Assembly (NCBI GenBank): GCA_964276515.1
Contig: OZ193910.1
Location: forward strand, 7,626,001 to 7,690,000
Reading direction: 5' to 3'
Source: Gordius albopunctatus
Lineage: Eukaryota
Length of the DNA: 64,000 nt
This document shows positions 12,201-27,100 of this stretch, one piece after another (within the stretch, counting starts at the first letter, position 1; each line of letters opens with the position of its first letter). A program made the position numbers and the translations under genes. Below the pieces are notes generated by a model. That model saw nothing but the letters and a program-made list of their open reading frames with translations, made no database searches and was not told the origin of the DNA.

Positions 12201-15200
12201 TTTGATGACTGATCAAAAAAATGTTTTTCAAGGAATTCATCTCTTATACGGAAAACTTTAATGAGAGCTATATGGTTGAACAAAAAAATTGAAAAAATTT
12301 TGAGGTCGAAAAAAATATTTTTTTTCATATTCTTTCGTAAGGGAGATGAAAAAATCTTTAAAAGTTATTAAATATTCTTAGCATTTTGTCCTTGTTAGAA
12401 TCTTGATAGGAATTTTTGCGTTGGCGATGTTTGAGATTGAGAGAAATTAAAATTTTCGTGTGGCGTTTAGATTGATTAAAAATCGCTTTATAAGCGTGTC
12501 TCTAGTTTTAGTGAAACAAGCTCTATGCGATCGTGATTTAGAGTTAATAATTTTTGATGACTGATCAAAAAAATGTTTTTCAAGGAATTCATCTCTTATA
12601 CGGAAAACTTTCATGAGAGCTATATGGTTGAACAAAAAAAATTAAAACAATTTCGAGGTCGAAAAAAATATTATTTTTCATATTCTTTCGAAAGGGAGAT
12701 GAAAAAATCTTTAAAAGTTAGTAAATATTCTTAGCATTTTGTCCTTGTTAGAATATTGATAGAAATTTATGCGTGGGGGGATGTTTTAGATTGAGAGAAA
12801 TTAAAATTTAGGTGTTGCGTTTATATTTTTTCAATATCGCTTTATAAGCGTGTCTCTAGTTTTAGTGTAACAAGCTCTATGCGATCGTGATTTAGAGTTA
12901 ATAATTTTTGATGACTGATCAAAAAAATGTTTTTCAAGCAATTCACCTCTTATACAGAAAACTTTCATGAGAGCTATATGGTTGAACAAAAAAATTGAAA
13001 AAATTTTGAGGTCGAAAAAAATATTATTTTTCAAATTCTTTCGAAAGGGAGATGAAAAAATCTTTAAAAGTTAGTAAATATTCTTAGAATTTTGTCCTTG
13101 TTAGAATCTTGATAGGAATTTTTGCGTTGGCGATGTTTGAGATTGAGAGAAATTAAAATTTTCGTGTGGCGTTTAGATTGATTAAACATCGCTTTATAAG
13201 CGTGTCTCTAGTTTTAGTGAAACAAGCTCTATGCGATCGTGATTTAGAGTTAATAATTTTTGATGACTGATCAAAAAAATGTTTTTCAAGGAATTCATCT
13301 CTTATACGGAAAACTTTAATGAGAGCTATATGGTTGAACAAAAAAATTGAAAAAATTTTGAGGTCGAAAAAAATGTTTTTTTTCATATTCTTTCGTAAGG
13401 GAGATGAAAAAATCTTTAAAAGTTAATAAATATTCTTAGCATTTTGTCCTTGTTAGAATCTTGATAGGAATTTTTGCGTTGGCGATGTTTGAGATTGAGA
13501 GAAATTAAAATTTTCGTGTGGCGTTTAGATTGATTAAAAATCGCTTTATAAGCGTGTCTCTAGTTTTAGTGAAACAAGCTCTATGCGATCGTGATTTAGA
13601 GTTAATAATTTTTGATGACTGATCAAAAAAATGTTTTTCAAGGAATTCATCTCTTATACGGAAAACTTTCATGAGAGCTATATGGTTGAACAAAAAAAAT
13701 TAAAACAATTTCGAGGTCGAAAAAAATATTATTTTTCATATTCTTTCGAAAGGGAGATGAAAAAATCTTTAAAAGTTAGTAAATATTCTTAGAATTTTGT
13801 CCTTGTTAGAATCTTGATAGGAATTTTTGCGTTGGCGATGTTTGAGATTGAGAGAAATTAAAATTTTCGTGTGGCGTTTAGATTGATTAAAAATCGCTTT
13901 ATAAGCGTGTCTCTAGTTTTAGTGAAACAAGCTCTATGCGATCGTGATTTAGAGTTAATAATTTTTGATGACTGATCAAAAAAATGTTTTTCAAGGAATT
14001 CATCTCTTATACGGAAAACTTTAATGAGAGCTATATGGTTGAACAAAAAAATTGAAAAAATTTTGAGGTCGAAAAAAATATTTTTTTTCATATTCTTCCG
14101 TAAGGGAGATGAAAAAATCTTTAAAAGTTATTAAATATTCTTAGCATTTTGTCCTTGTTAGAATCTTGATAGGAATTTTTGCGTTGGCGATGTTTGAGAT
14201 TGAGAGAAATTAAAATTTTCGTGTGGCGTTTAGATTGATTAAAAATCGCTTTATAAGCGTGTCTCTAGTTTTAGTGAAACAAGCTCTATGCGATCGTGAT
14301 TTAGAGTTAATAATTTTTGATGACTGATCAAAAAAATGTTTTTCAAGGAATTCATCTCTTATACGGAAAACTTTCATGAGAGCTATATGGTTGAACAAAA
14401 AAAATTAAAACAATTTCGAGGTCGAAAAAAATATTATTTTTCATATTCTTTCGAAAGGGAGATGAAAAAATCTTTAAAAGTTAGTAAATACTCTTAGCAT
14501 TTTGTCCTTGTTAGAATATTGATAGAAATTTATGCGTGGGGGGATGTTTTAGATTGAGAGAAATTAAAATTTAGGTGTTGCGTTTATATTTTTTCAATAT
14601 CGCTTTATAAGCGTGTCTCTAGTTTTAGTGTAACAAGCTCTATGCGATCGTGATTTAGAGTTAATAATTTTTGATGACTGATCAAAAAAATGTTTTTCAA
14701 GCAATTCACCTCTTATACAGAAAACTTTCATGAGAGCTATATGGTTGAACAAAAAAATTGAAAAAATTTTGAGGTCGAAAAAAATATTATTTTTCAAATT
14801 CTTTCGAAAGGGAGATGAAAAAATCTTTAAAAGTTAGTAAATATTCTTAGAATTTTGTCCTTGTTAGAATCTTGATAGGAATTTTTGCGTTGGCGATGTT
14901 TAAGATTGAGAGAAATTAAAATTTTCGTGTGGCGTTTAGATTGATTAAACATCGCTTTATAAGCGTGTCTCTAGTTTTAGTGAAACAAGCTCTATGCGAT
15001 CGTGATTTAGAGTTAATAATTTTTGATGACTGATCAAAAAAATGTTTTTCAAGGAATTCATCTCTTATACGGAAAACTTTAATGAGAGCTATATGGTTGA
15101 ACAAAAAAATTGAAAAAATTTTGAGGTCGAAAAAAATATTATTTTTCAAATTCTTTCGAAAGGGAGATGAAAAAATCTTTAAAAGTTAGTAAATATTCTT

Positions 15201-16712
15201 AGAATTTTGTCCTTGTTAGAATCTTGATAGGAATTTTTGCGTTGGCGATGTTTGAGATTGAGAGAAATTAAAATTTTCGTGTGGCGTTTAGATTGATTAA
15301 ACATCGCTTTATAAGCGTGTCTCTAGTTTTAGTGAAACAAGCTCTATGCGATCGTGATTTAGAGTTAATAATTTTTGATGACTGATCAAAAAAATGTTTT
15401 TCAAGGAATTCATCTCTTATACGGAAAACTTTAATGAGAGCTATATGGTTGAACAAAAAAATTGAAAAAATTTTGAGGTCGAAAAAAATATTTTTTTTCA
15501 TATTCTTTCGTAAGGGAGATGAAAAAATCTTTAAAAGTTATTAAATATTCTTAGCATTTTGTCCTTGTTAGAATCTTGATAGGAATTTTTGCGTTGGCGA
15601 TGTTTGAGATTGAGAGAAATTAAAATTTTCGTGTGGCGTTTAGATTGATTAAAAATCGCTTTATAAGCGTGTCTCTAGTTTTAGTGAAACAAGCTCTATG
15701 CGATCGTGATTTAGAGTTAATAATTTTTGATGACTGATCAAAAAAATGTTTTTCAAGGAATTCATCTCTTATACGGAAAACTTTCATGAGAGCTATATGG
15801 TTGAACAAAAAAAATTAAAACAATTTCGAGGTCGAAAAAAATATTATTTTTCATATTCTTTCGAAAGGGAGATGAAAAAATCTTTAAAAGTTAGTAAATA
15901 TTCTTAGCATTTTGTCCTTGTTAGAATATTGATAGAAATTTATGCGTGGGGGGATGTTTTAGATTGAGAGAAATTAAAATTTAGGTGTTGCGTTTATATT
16001 TTTTCAATATCGCTTTATAAGCGTGTCTCTAGTTTTAGTGTAACAAGCTCTATGCGATCGTGATTTAGAGTTAATAATTTTTGATGACTGATCAAAAAAA
16101 TGTTTTTCAAGCAATTCACCTCTTATACAGAAAACTTTCATGAGAGCTATATGGTTGAACAAAAAAATTGAAAAAATTTTGAGGTCGAAAAAAATATTAT
16201 TTTTCAAATTCTTTCGAAAGGGAGATGAAAAAATCTTTAAAAGTTAGTAAATATTCTTAGAATTTTGTCCTTGTTAGAATCTTGATAGGAATTTTTGCGT
16301 TGGCGATGTTTGAGATTGAGAGAAATTAAAACTTTCGTGTGGCGTTTAGATTGATTAAACATCGCTTTATAAGCGTGTCTCTAGTTTTAGTGAAACAAGC
16401 TCTATGCGTTCGTGATTTAGAGTTAATAATTTTTGATGACTGATCAAAAAAATGTTTTTCAAGGAATTCATCTCTTATACGGAAAACTTTAATGAGAGCT
16501 ATATGGTTGAACAAAAAAATTGAAAAAATTTTGAGGTCGAAAAAAATATTTTTTTTCATATTCTTTCGTAAGGGAGATGAAAAAATCTTTAAAAGTTATT
16601 AAATATTCTTAGCATTTTGTCCTTGTTAGAATCTTGATAGGAATTTTTGCGTTGGCGATGTTTGAGATTGAGAGAAATTAAAATTTTCGTGTGGCGTTTA
16701 GATTGATTAAAA
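4143..16712. repeat. 18-monomer tandem duplication, period 6285 bp (4143-10427 and 10428-16712)
   Basis: Variant order recurs at +6285 (5135/11420, 6546/12831, 8309/14594, 10041/16326). Shared rare markers are the 55-bp deletion (5067/11352) and AAAACTTTCG (C at 10047/16332). Confidence 0.93.
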
Positions 16713-19700
16713 ATCGCTTTATAAGCGTGTCTCTAGTTTTAGTGAAACAAGCTCTATGCGATCGTGATTTAGAGTTAATAATTTTTGATGACTGATCAAA
16801 AAAATGTTTTTCAAGCAATTCACCTCTTATACAGAAAACTTTCATGAGAGCTATATGGTTGAACAAAAAAATTGAAAAAATTTTGAGGTCGAAAAAAATA
16901 TTATTTTTCAAATTCTTTCGAAAGGGAGATGAAAAAATCTTTAAAAGTTAGTAAATATTCTTAGAATTTTGTCCTTGTTAGAATCTTGATAGGAATTTTT
17001 GCGTTGGCGATGTTTAAGATTGAGAGAAATTAAAATTTTCATGTGGCGTTTAGATTGATTAAACATCGCTTTATAAGCGTGTCTCTAGTTTTAGTGAAAC
17101 AAGCTCTATGCGATCGTGATTTAGAGTTAATAATTTTTGATGACTGATCAAAAAAATGTTTTTCAAGGAATTCATCTCTTATACGGAAAACTTTAATGAG
17201 AGCTATATGGTTGAACAAAAAAATTGAAAAAATTTTGAGGTCGAAAAAAATATTATTTTTCAAATTCTTTCGAAAGGGAGATGAAAAAATCTTTAAAAGT
17301 TAGTAAATATTCTTAGAATTTTGTCCTTGTTAGAATCTTGATAGGAATTTTTGCGTTGGCGATGTTTGAGATTGAGAGAAATTAAAATTTTCGTGTGGCG
17401 TTTAGATTGATTAAACATCGCTTTATAAGCGTGTCTCTAGTTTTAGTGAAACAAGCTCTATGCGATCGTGATTTAGAGTTAATAATTTTTGATGACTGAT
17501 CTAAAAAATGTTTTTCAAGGAATTCATCTCTTATACGGAAAACTTTAATGAGAGCTATATGGTTGAACAAAAAAATTGAAAAAATTTTGAGGTCGAAAAA
17601 AATATTTTTTTTCATATTCTTTCGTAAGGGAGATGAAAAAATCTTTAAAAGTTATTAAATATTCTTAGCATTTTGTCCTTGTTAGAATCTTGATAGGAAT
17701 TTTTGCGTTGGCGATGTTTGAGATTGAGAGAAATTAAAATTTTCGTGTGGCGTTTAGATTGATTAAACATCGCTTTATAAGCGTGTCTCTAGTTTTAGTG
17801 AAACAAGCTCTATGCGATCGTGATTTAGAGTTAATAATTTTTGATGACTGATCAAAAAAATGTTTTTCAAGGAATTCATCTCTTATACGGAAAACTTTAA
17901 TGAGAGCTATATGGTTGAACAAAAAAATTGAAAAAATTTTGAGGTCGAAAAAAATATTTTTTTTCATATTCTTTCGTAAGGGAGATGAAAAAATCTTTAA
18001 AAGTTATTAAATATTCTTAGCATTTTGTCCTTGTTAGAATCTTGATAGGAATTTTTGCGTTGGCGATGTTTGAGATTGAGAGAAATTAAAATTTTCGTGT
18101 GGCGTTTAGATTGATTAAAAATCGCTTTATAAGCGTGTCTCTAGTTTTAGTGAAACAAGCTCTATGCGATCGTGATTTAGAGTTAATAATTTTTGATGAC
18201 TGATCAAAAAAATGTTTTTCAAGCAATTCACCTCTTATACAGAAAACTTTCATGAGAGCTATATGGTTGAACAAAAAAATTGAAAAAATTTTGAGGTCGA
18301 AAAAAATATTATTTTTCAAATTCTTTCGAAAGGGAGATGAAAAAATCTTTAAAAGTTAGTAAATATTCTTAGAATTTTGTCCTTGTTAGAATCTTGATAG
18401 GAATTTTTGCGTTGGCGATGTTTAAGATTGAGAGAAATTAAAATTTTCGTGTGGCGTTTAGATTGATTAAACATCGCTTTATAAGCGTGTCTCTAGTTTT
18501 AGTGAAACAAGCTCTATGCGATCGTGATTTAGAGTTAATAATTTTTGATGACTGATCAAAAAAATGTTTTTCAAGGAATTCATCTCTTATACGGAAAACT
18601 TTAATGAGAGCTATATGGTTGAACAAAAAAATTGAAAAAATTTTGAGGTCGAAAAAAATATTATTTTTCAAATTCTTTCGAAAGGGAGATGAAAAAATCT
18701 TTAAAAGTTAGTAAATATTCTTAGAATTTTGTCCTTGTTAGAATCTTGATAGGAATTTTTGCGTTGGCGATGTTTGAGATTGAGAGAAATTAAAATTTTC
18801 GTGTGGCGTTTAGATTGATTAAACATCGCTTTATAAGCGTGTCTCTAGTTTTAGTGAAACAAGCTCTATGCGATCGTGATTTAGAGTTAATAATTTTTGA
18901 TGACTGATCAAAAAAATGTTTTTCAAGGAATTCATCTCTTATACGGAAAACTTTAATGAGAGCTATATGGTTGAACAAAAAAATTGAAAAAATTTTGAGG
19001 TCGAAAAAAATATTTTTTTTCATATTCTTTCGTAAGGGAGATGAAAAAATCTTTAAAAGTTATTAAATATTCTTAGCATTTTGTCCTTGTTAGAATCTTG
19101 ATAGGAATTTTTGCGTTGGCGATGTTTGAGATTGAGAGAAATTAAAATTTTCGTGTGGCGTTTAGATTGATTAAAAATCGCTTTATAAGCGTGTCTCTAG
19201 TTTTAGTGAAACAAGCTCTATGCGATCGTGATTTAGAGTTAATAATTTTTGATGACTGATCAAAAAAATGTTTTTCAAGGAATTCATCTCTTATACGGAA
19301 AACTTTCATGAGAGCTATATGGTTGAACAAAAAAAATTAAAACAATTTCGAGGTCGAAAAAAATATTATTTTTCATATTCTTTCGAAAGGGAAATGAAAA
19401 AATCTTTAAAAGTTAGTAAATATTCTTAGCATTTTGTCCTTGTTAGAATATTGATAGAAATTTATGCGTGGGGGGATGTTTTAGATTGAGAGAAATTAAA
19501 ATTTAGGTGTTGCGTTTATATTTTTTCAATATCGCTTTATAAGCGTGTCTCTAGTTTTAGTGTAACAAGCTCTATGCGATCGTGATTTAGAGTTAATAAT
19601 TTTTGATGACTGATCAAAAAAATGTTTTTCAAGCAATTCACCTCTTATACAGAAAACTTTCATGAGAGCTATATGGTTGAACAAAAAAATTGAAAAAATT

Positions 19701-20199
19701 TTGAGGTCGAAAAAAATATTATTTTTCAAATTCTTTCGAAAGGGAGATGAAAAAATCTTTAAAAGTTAGTAAATATTCTTAGAATTTTGTCCTTGTTAGA
19801 ATCTTGATAGGAATTTTTGCGTTGGCGATGTTTGAGATTGAGAGAAATTAAAATTTTCGTGTGACGTTTAGATTGATTAAACATCGCTTTATAAGCGTGT
19901 CTCTAGTTTTAGTGAAACAAGCTCTATGCGATCGTGATTTAGAGTTAATAATTTTTGATGACTGATCAAAAAAATGTTTTTCAAGGAATTCATCTCTTAT
20001 ACGGAAAACTTTAATGAGAGCTATATGGTTGAACAAAAAAATTGAAAAAATTTTGAGGTCGAAAAAAATATTTTTTTTCATATTCTTTCGTAAGGGAGAT
20101 GAAAAAATCTTTAAAAGTTATTAAATATTCTTAGCATTTTGTCCTTGTTAGAATCTTGATAGGAATTTTTGCGTTGGCGATGTTTGAGATTGAGAGAAA

Positions 20200-22950
20200 T
20201 TAAAATTTTCGTGTGGCGTTTAGATTGATTAAAAATCGCTTTATAAGCGTGTCTCTAGTTTTAGTGAAACAAGCTCTATGCGATCGTGATTTAGAGTTAA
20301 TAATTTTTGATGACTGATCAAAAAAATGTTTTTCAAGGAATTCATCTCTTATACGGAAAACTTTCATGAGAGCTATATGGTTGAACAAAAAAAATTAAAA
20401 CAATTTCGAGGTCGAAAAAAATATTATTTTTCATATTCTTTCGAAAGGGAGATGAAAAAATCTTTAAAAGTTAGTAAATATTCTTAGCATTTTGTCCTTG
20501 TTAGAATATTGATAGAAATTTATGCGTGGGGGGATGTTTTAGATTGAGAGAAATTAAAATTTAGGTGTTGCGTTTATATTTTTTCAATATCGCTTTATAA
20601 GCGTGTCTCTAGTTTTAGTGTAACAAGCTCTATGCGATCGTGATTTAGAGTTAATAATTTTTGATGACTGATCAAAAAAATGTTTTTCAAGGAATTCATC
20701 TCTTATACGGAAAACTTTAATGAGAGCTATATGGTTGAACAAAAAAATTGAAAAAATTTTGAGGTCGAAAAAAATATTTTTTTTCATATTCTTTCGTAAG
20801 GGAGATGAAAAAATCTTTAAAAGTTATTAAATATTCTTAGCATTTTGTCCTTGTTAGAATCTTGATAGGAATTTTTGCGTTGGCGATGTTTGAGATTGAG
20901 AGAAATTAAAATTTTCGTGTGGCGTTTAGATTGATTAAACATCGCTTTATAAGCGTGTCTCTAGTTTTAGTGAAACAAGCTCTATGCGATCGTGATTTAG
21001 AGTTAATAATTTTTGATGACTGATCAAAAAAATGTTTTTCAAGCAATTCACCTCTTATACGGAAAACTTTAATGAGAGCTATATGGTTGAACAAAAAAAT
21101 TGAAAAAATTTTGAGGTCGAAAAAAATATTTTTTTTCATATTCTTTCGTAAGGGAGATGAAAAAATCTTTAAAAGTTATTAAATATTCTTAGCATTTTGT
21201 CCTTGTTAGAATCTTGATAGGAATTTTTGCGTGGGGGGATGTTTTAGATTGAGAGAAATTAAAATTTAGGTGTTGCGTTTATATTGTTTCAATATCGCTT
21301 TATAAGCGTGTCTCTAGTTTTAGTGAAACAAGCTCTATGCGATCGTGATTTAGAATTAATAATTTTTGATGACTGATCAAAAAAATGTTTTTCAAGGAAT
21401 TCATCTCTTATACGGAAAACTTTCATGAGAGCTATATGGTTGAACAAAAAAAATTAAAACAATTTCGAGGTCGAAAAAAATATTATTTTTCATATTCTTT
21501 CGAAAGGGAGATGAAAAAATCTTTAAAAGTTAGTAAATATTCTTAGAATTTTGTCCTTGTTAGAATCTTGATAGGAATTTTTGCGTTGGCGATGTTTGAG
21601 ATTGAGAGAAATTAAAATTTTCGTGTGGCGTTTAGATTGATTAAAAATCGCTTTATAAGCGTGTCTCTAGTTTTAGTGTAACAAGCTCTATGCGATCGTG
21701 ATTTAGAATTAATAATTTTTGATGACTGATCAAAAAAATGTTTTTCAAGGAATTCATCTCTTATACGGAAAACTTTAATGAGAGCTATATGGTTGAACAA
21801 AAAAATTGAAAAAATTTTGAGGTCGAAAAAAATATTTTTTTTCATATTCTTTCGTAAGGGAGATGAAAAAATCTTTAAAAGTTATTAAATATTCTTAGCA
21901 TTTTGTCCTTGTTAGAATCTTGATAGGAATTTTTGCGTTGGCGATGTTTGAGATTGAGAGAAATTAAAATTTTCGTGTGGCGTTTAGATTGATTAAAAAT
22001 CGCTTTATAAGCGTGTCTCTAGTTTTAGTGAAACAAGCTCTATGCGATCGTGATTTAGAGTTAATAATTTTTGATGACTGATCAAAAAAATGTTTTTCAA
22101 GGAATTCATCTCTTATACGGAAAACTTTCATGAGAGCTATATGGTTGAACAAAAAAAATTAAAACAATTTCGAGGTCGAAAAAAATATTATTTTTCATAT
22201 TCTTTCGAAAGGGAGATGAAAAAATCTTTAAAAGTTAGTAAATATTCTTAGCATTTTGTCCTTGTTAGAATATTGATAGAAATTTATGCGTGGGGGGATG
22301 TTTTAGATTGAGAGAAATTAAAATTTAGGTGTTGCGTTTATATTTTTTCAATATCGCTTTATAAGCGTGTCTCTAGTTTTAGTGTAACAAGCTCTATGCG
22401 ATCGTGATTTAGAGTTAATAATTTTTGATGACTGATCAAAAAAATGTTTTTCAAGGAATTCATCTCTTATACGGAAAACTTTAATGAGAGCTATATGGTT
22501 GAACAAAAAAATTGAAAAAATTTTGAGGTCGAAAAAAATATTTTTTTTCATATTCTTTCGTAAGGGAGATGAAAAAATCTTTAAAAGTTATTAAATATTC
22601 TTAGCATTTTGTCCTTGTTAGAATCTTGATAGGAATTTTTGCGTTGGCGATGTTTGAGATTGAGAGAAATTAAAATTTTCGTGTGGCGTTTAGATTGATT
22701 AAACATCGCTTTATAAGCGTGTCTCTAGTTTTAGTGAAACAAGCTCTATGCGATCGTGATTTAGAGTTAATAATTTTTGATGACTGATCAAAAAAATGTT
22801 TTTCAAGCAATTCACCTCTTATACGGAAAACTTTAATGAGAGCTATATGGTTGAACAAAAAAATTGAAAAAATTTTGAGGTCGAAAAAAATATTTTTTTT
22901 CATATTCTTTCGTAAGGGAGATGAAAAAATCTTTAAAAGTTATTAAATAT
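20200..22950. repeat. 5-monomer duplication, period 1764 bp
   Basis: Identical ORF variants at 20200/21964, 20584/22348 and 20906/22670. Confidence 0.8.
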
Positions 22951-24114
22951 TCTTAGAATTTTGTCCTTGTTAGAATCTTGATAGGAATTTTTGCGTTGGC
23001 GATGTTTGAGATTGAGAGAAATTAAAATTTTCGTGTGGCGTTTAGATTGATTAAAAATCGCTTTATAAGCGTGTCTCTAGTTTTAGTGTAACAAGCTCTA
23101 TGCGATCGTGATTTAGAATTAATAATTTTTGATGACTGATCAAAAAAATGTTTTTCAAGGAATTCATCTCTTATACGGAAAACTTTCATGAGAGCTATAT
23201 GGTTGAACAAAAAAAATTAAAACAATTTCGAGGTCGAAAAAAATATTATTTTTCATATTCTTTCGAAAGGGAGATGAAAAAATCTTTAAAAGTTAGTAAA
23301 TATTCTTAGAATTTTGTCCTTGTTAGAATCTTGATAGGAATTTTTGCGTTGGCGATGTTTGAGATTGAGAGAAATTAAAATTTTCGTGTGGCGTTTAGAT
23401 TGATTAAAAATCGCTTTATAAGCGTGTCTCTAGTTTTAGTGTAACAAGCTCTATGCGATCGTGATTTAGAATTAATAATTTTTGATGACTGATCAAAAAA
23501 ATGTTTTTCAAGGAATTCATCTCTTATACGGAAAACTTTAATGAGAGCTATATGGTTGAACAAAAAAATTGAAAAAATTTTGAGGTCGAAAAAAATATTT
23601 TTTTTCATATTCTTTCGTAAGGGAGATGAAAAAATCTTTAAAAGTTATTAAATATTCTTAGCATTTTGTCCTTGTTAGAATCTTGATAGGAATTTTTGCG
23701 TGGGGGGATGTTTTAGATTGAGAGAAATTAAAATTTAGGTGTTGCGTTTATATTGTTTCAATATCGCTTTATAAGCGTGTCTCTAGTTTTAGTGAAACAA
23801 GCTCTATGCGATCGTGATTTAGAGTTAATAATTTTTGATGACTGATCAAAAAAATGTTTTTCAAGGAATTCATCTCTTATACGGAAAACTTTTATGAGAG
23901 CTATATGGTTGAACAAAAAAAATTAAAACAATTTCGAGGTCGAAAAAAATATTATTTTTCATATTCTTTCGAAAGGGAGATGAAAAAATCTTTAAAAGTT
24001 AGTAAATATTCTTAGAATTTTGTCCTTGTTAGAATCTTGATAGGAATTTTTGCGTTGGCGATGTTTGAGATTGAGAGAAATTAAAATTTTCGTGTGGCGT
24101 TTAGATTGATTCAA

Positions 24115-27100
24115 TATCGCTTTATAAGCGTGTCTCTAGTTTTAGTGTAACAAGCTCTATGCGATCGTGATTTAGAGTTAATAATTTTTGATGACTGATC
24201 AAAAAAATGTTTTTCAAGGAATTCATCTCTTATACGGAAAACTTTCATGAGAGCTATATGGTTGAACAAAAAAAATTAAAACAATTTCGAGGTCGAAAAA
24301 AATATTATTTTTCATATTCTTTCGAAAGGGAGATGAAAAAATCTTTAAAAGTTAGTAAATATTCTTGGAATTTTGTCCTTGTTAGAATCTTGATAGGAAT
24401 TTTTGCGTTGGCGATGTTTGAGATTGAGAGAAATTAAAATTTTCGTGTGGCGTTTAGATTGATTCAATATCGCTCTTTAAGCGTGTCTCTAGTTTTAGTG
24501 AAACAAGCTCTATGCGATCGTGATTTAGAGTTAATAATTTTTGATGACTGATCAAAAAAATGTTTTTCAAGGAATTCATCTCTTATACGGAAAACTTTCA
24601 TGAGAGCTATATGGTTGAACAAAAAAAATTAAAACAATTTCGAGGTCGAAAAAAATATTATTTTTCATATTCTTTCGAAAGGGAGATGAAAAAATCTTTA
24701 AAAGTTAGTAAATATTCTTAGAATTTTGTCCTTGTTAGAATCTTGATAGGAATTTTTGCGTTGGCGATGTTTGAGATTGAGAGAAATTAAAATTTTCGTG
24801 TGGCGTTTAGATTGATTAAAAATCGCTTTATAAGCGTGTCTCTAGTTTTAGTGTAACAAGCTCTATGCGATCGTGATTTAGAGTTAATAATTTTTGATGA
24901 CTGATCAAAAAAATGTTTTTCAAGCAATTCACCTCTTATACGGAAAACTTTCATGAGAGCTATATGGTTGAACAAAAAAAATTGAAAAAATTTTGAGGTC
25001 GAAAAAAATATTTTTTTTCATATTCTTTCGTAAGGGAGATGAAAAAATCTTTAAAAGTTATTAAATATTCTTAGCATTTTGTCCTTGTTAGAATCTTGAT
25101 AGGAATTTTTGCGTGGGGGGATGTTTTAGATTGAGAGAAATTAAAATTTAGGTGTTGCGTTTATATTGTTTCAATATCGCTTTATAAGCGTGTCTCTAGT
25201 TTTAGTGAAACAAGCTCTATGCGATCGTGATTTAGAGTTAATAATTTTTGATGACTGATCAAAAAAATGTTTTTCAAGGAATTCATCTCTTATACGGAAA
25301 ACTTTCATGAGAGCTATATGGTTGAACAAAAAAAATTAAAACAATTTCGAGGTCGAAAAAAATATTATTTTTCATATTCTTTCGAAAGGGAGATGAAAAA
25401 ATCTTTAAAAGTTAGTAAATATTCTTAGAATTTTGTCCTTGTTAGAATCTTGATAGGAATTTTTGCGTTGGCGATGTTTGAGATTGAGAGAAATTAAAAT
25501 TTTCGTGTGGCGTTTAGATTGATTAAAAATCGCTTTATAAGCGTGTCTCTAGTTTTAGTGTAACAAGCTCTATGCGATCGTGATTTAGAATTAATAATTT
25601 TTGATGACTGATCAAAAAAATGTTTTTCAAGGAATTCATCTCTTATACGGAAAACTTTAATGAGAGCTATATGGTTGAACAAAAAAATTGAAAAAATTTT
25701 GAGGTCGAAAAAAATATTTTTTTTCATATTCTTTCGTAAGGGAGATGAAAAAATCTTTAAAAGTTATTAAATATTCTTAGCATTTTGTCCTTGTTAGAAT
25801 CTTGATAGGAATTTTTGCGTGGGGGGATGTTTTAGATTGAGAGAAATTAAAATTTAGGTGTTGCGTTTATATTGTTTCAATATCGCTTTATAAGCGTGTC
25901 TCTAGTTTCAGTGAAACAAGCTCTATGCGATCGTGATTTAGAGTTAATAATTTTTGATGACTGATCAAAAAAATGTTTTTCAAGGAATTCATCTCTTATA
26001 CGGAAAACTTTCATGAGAGCTATATGGTTGAACAAAAAAAATTAAAACAATTTCGAGGTCGAAAAAAATATTATTTTTCATATTCTTTCGAAAGGGAGAT
26101 GAAAAAATCTTTAAAAGTTAGTAAATATTCTTAGAATTTTGTCCTTGTTAGAATCTTGATAGGAATTTTTGCGTTGGCGATGTTTGAGATTGAGAGAAAT
26201 TAAAATTTTCGTGTGGCGTTTAGATTGATTCAATATCGCTTTATAAGCGTGTCTCTAGTTTTAGTGTAACAAGCTCTATGCGATCGTGATTTAGAGTTAA
26301 TAATTTTTGATGACTGATCAAAAAAATGTTTTTCAAGGAATTCATCTCTTATACGGAAAACTTTCATGAGAGCTATATGGTTGAACAAAAAAAATTAAAA
26401 CAATTTCGAGGTCGAAAAAAATATTATTTTTCATATTCTTTCGAAAGGGAGATGAAAAAATCTTTAAAAGTTAGTAAATATTCTTAGAATTTTGTCCTTG
26501 TTAGAATCTTGATAGGAATTTTTGCGTTGGCGATGTTTGAGATTGAGAGAAATTAAAATTTTCGTGTGGCGTTTAGATTGATTAAAAATCGCTTTATAAG
26601 CGTGTCTCTAGTTTTAGTGTAACAAGCTCTATGCGATCGTGATTTAGAGTTAATAATTTTTGATGACTGATCAAAAAAATGTTTTTCAAGCAATTCACCT
26701 CTTATACGGAAAACTTTCATGAGAGCTATATGGTTGAACAAAAAAAATTAAAACAATTTCGAGGTCGAAAAAAATATTATTTTTCATATTCTTTCGAAAG
26801 GGAGATGAAAAAATCTTTAAAAGTTAGTAAATATTCTTAGAATTTTGTCCTTGTTAGAATCTTGATAGGAATTTTTGCGTTGGCGATGTTTGAGATTGAG
26901 AGAAATTAAAATTTTCGTGTGGCGTTTAGATTGATTAAAAATCGCTTTATAAGCGTGTCTCTAGTTTTAGTGTAACAAGCTCTATGCGATCGTGATTTAG
27001 AGTTAATAATTTTTGATGACTGATCAAAAAAATGTTTTTCAAGGAATTCATCTCTTATACGGAAAACTTTCATGAGAGCTATATGGTTGAACAAAAAAAA

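Noticed and set aside
24207..24437. Sole plus-strand 76-aa ORF
   Set aside because: It arises from a single private A>G change at 24367 (TAG>TGG) in one monomer, so it is incidental.
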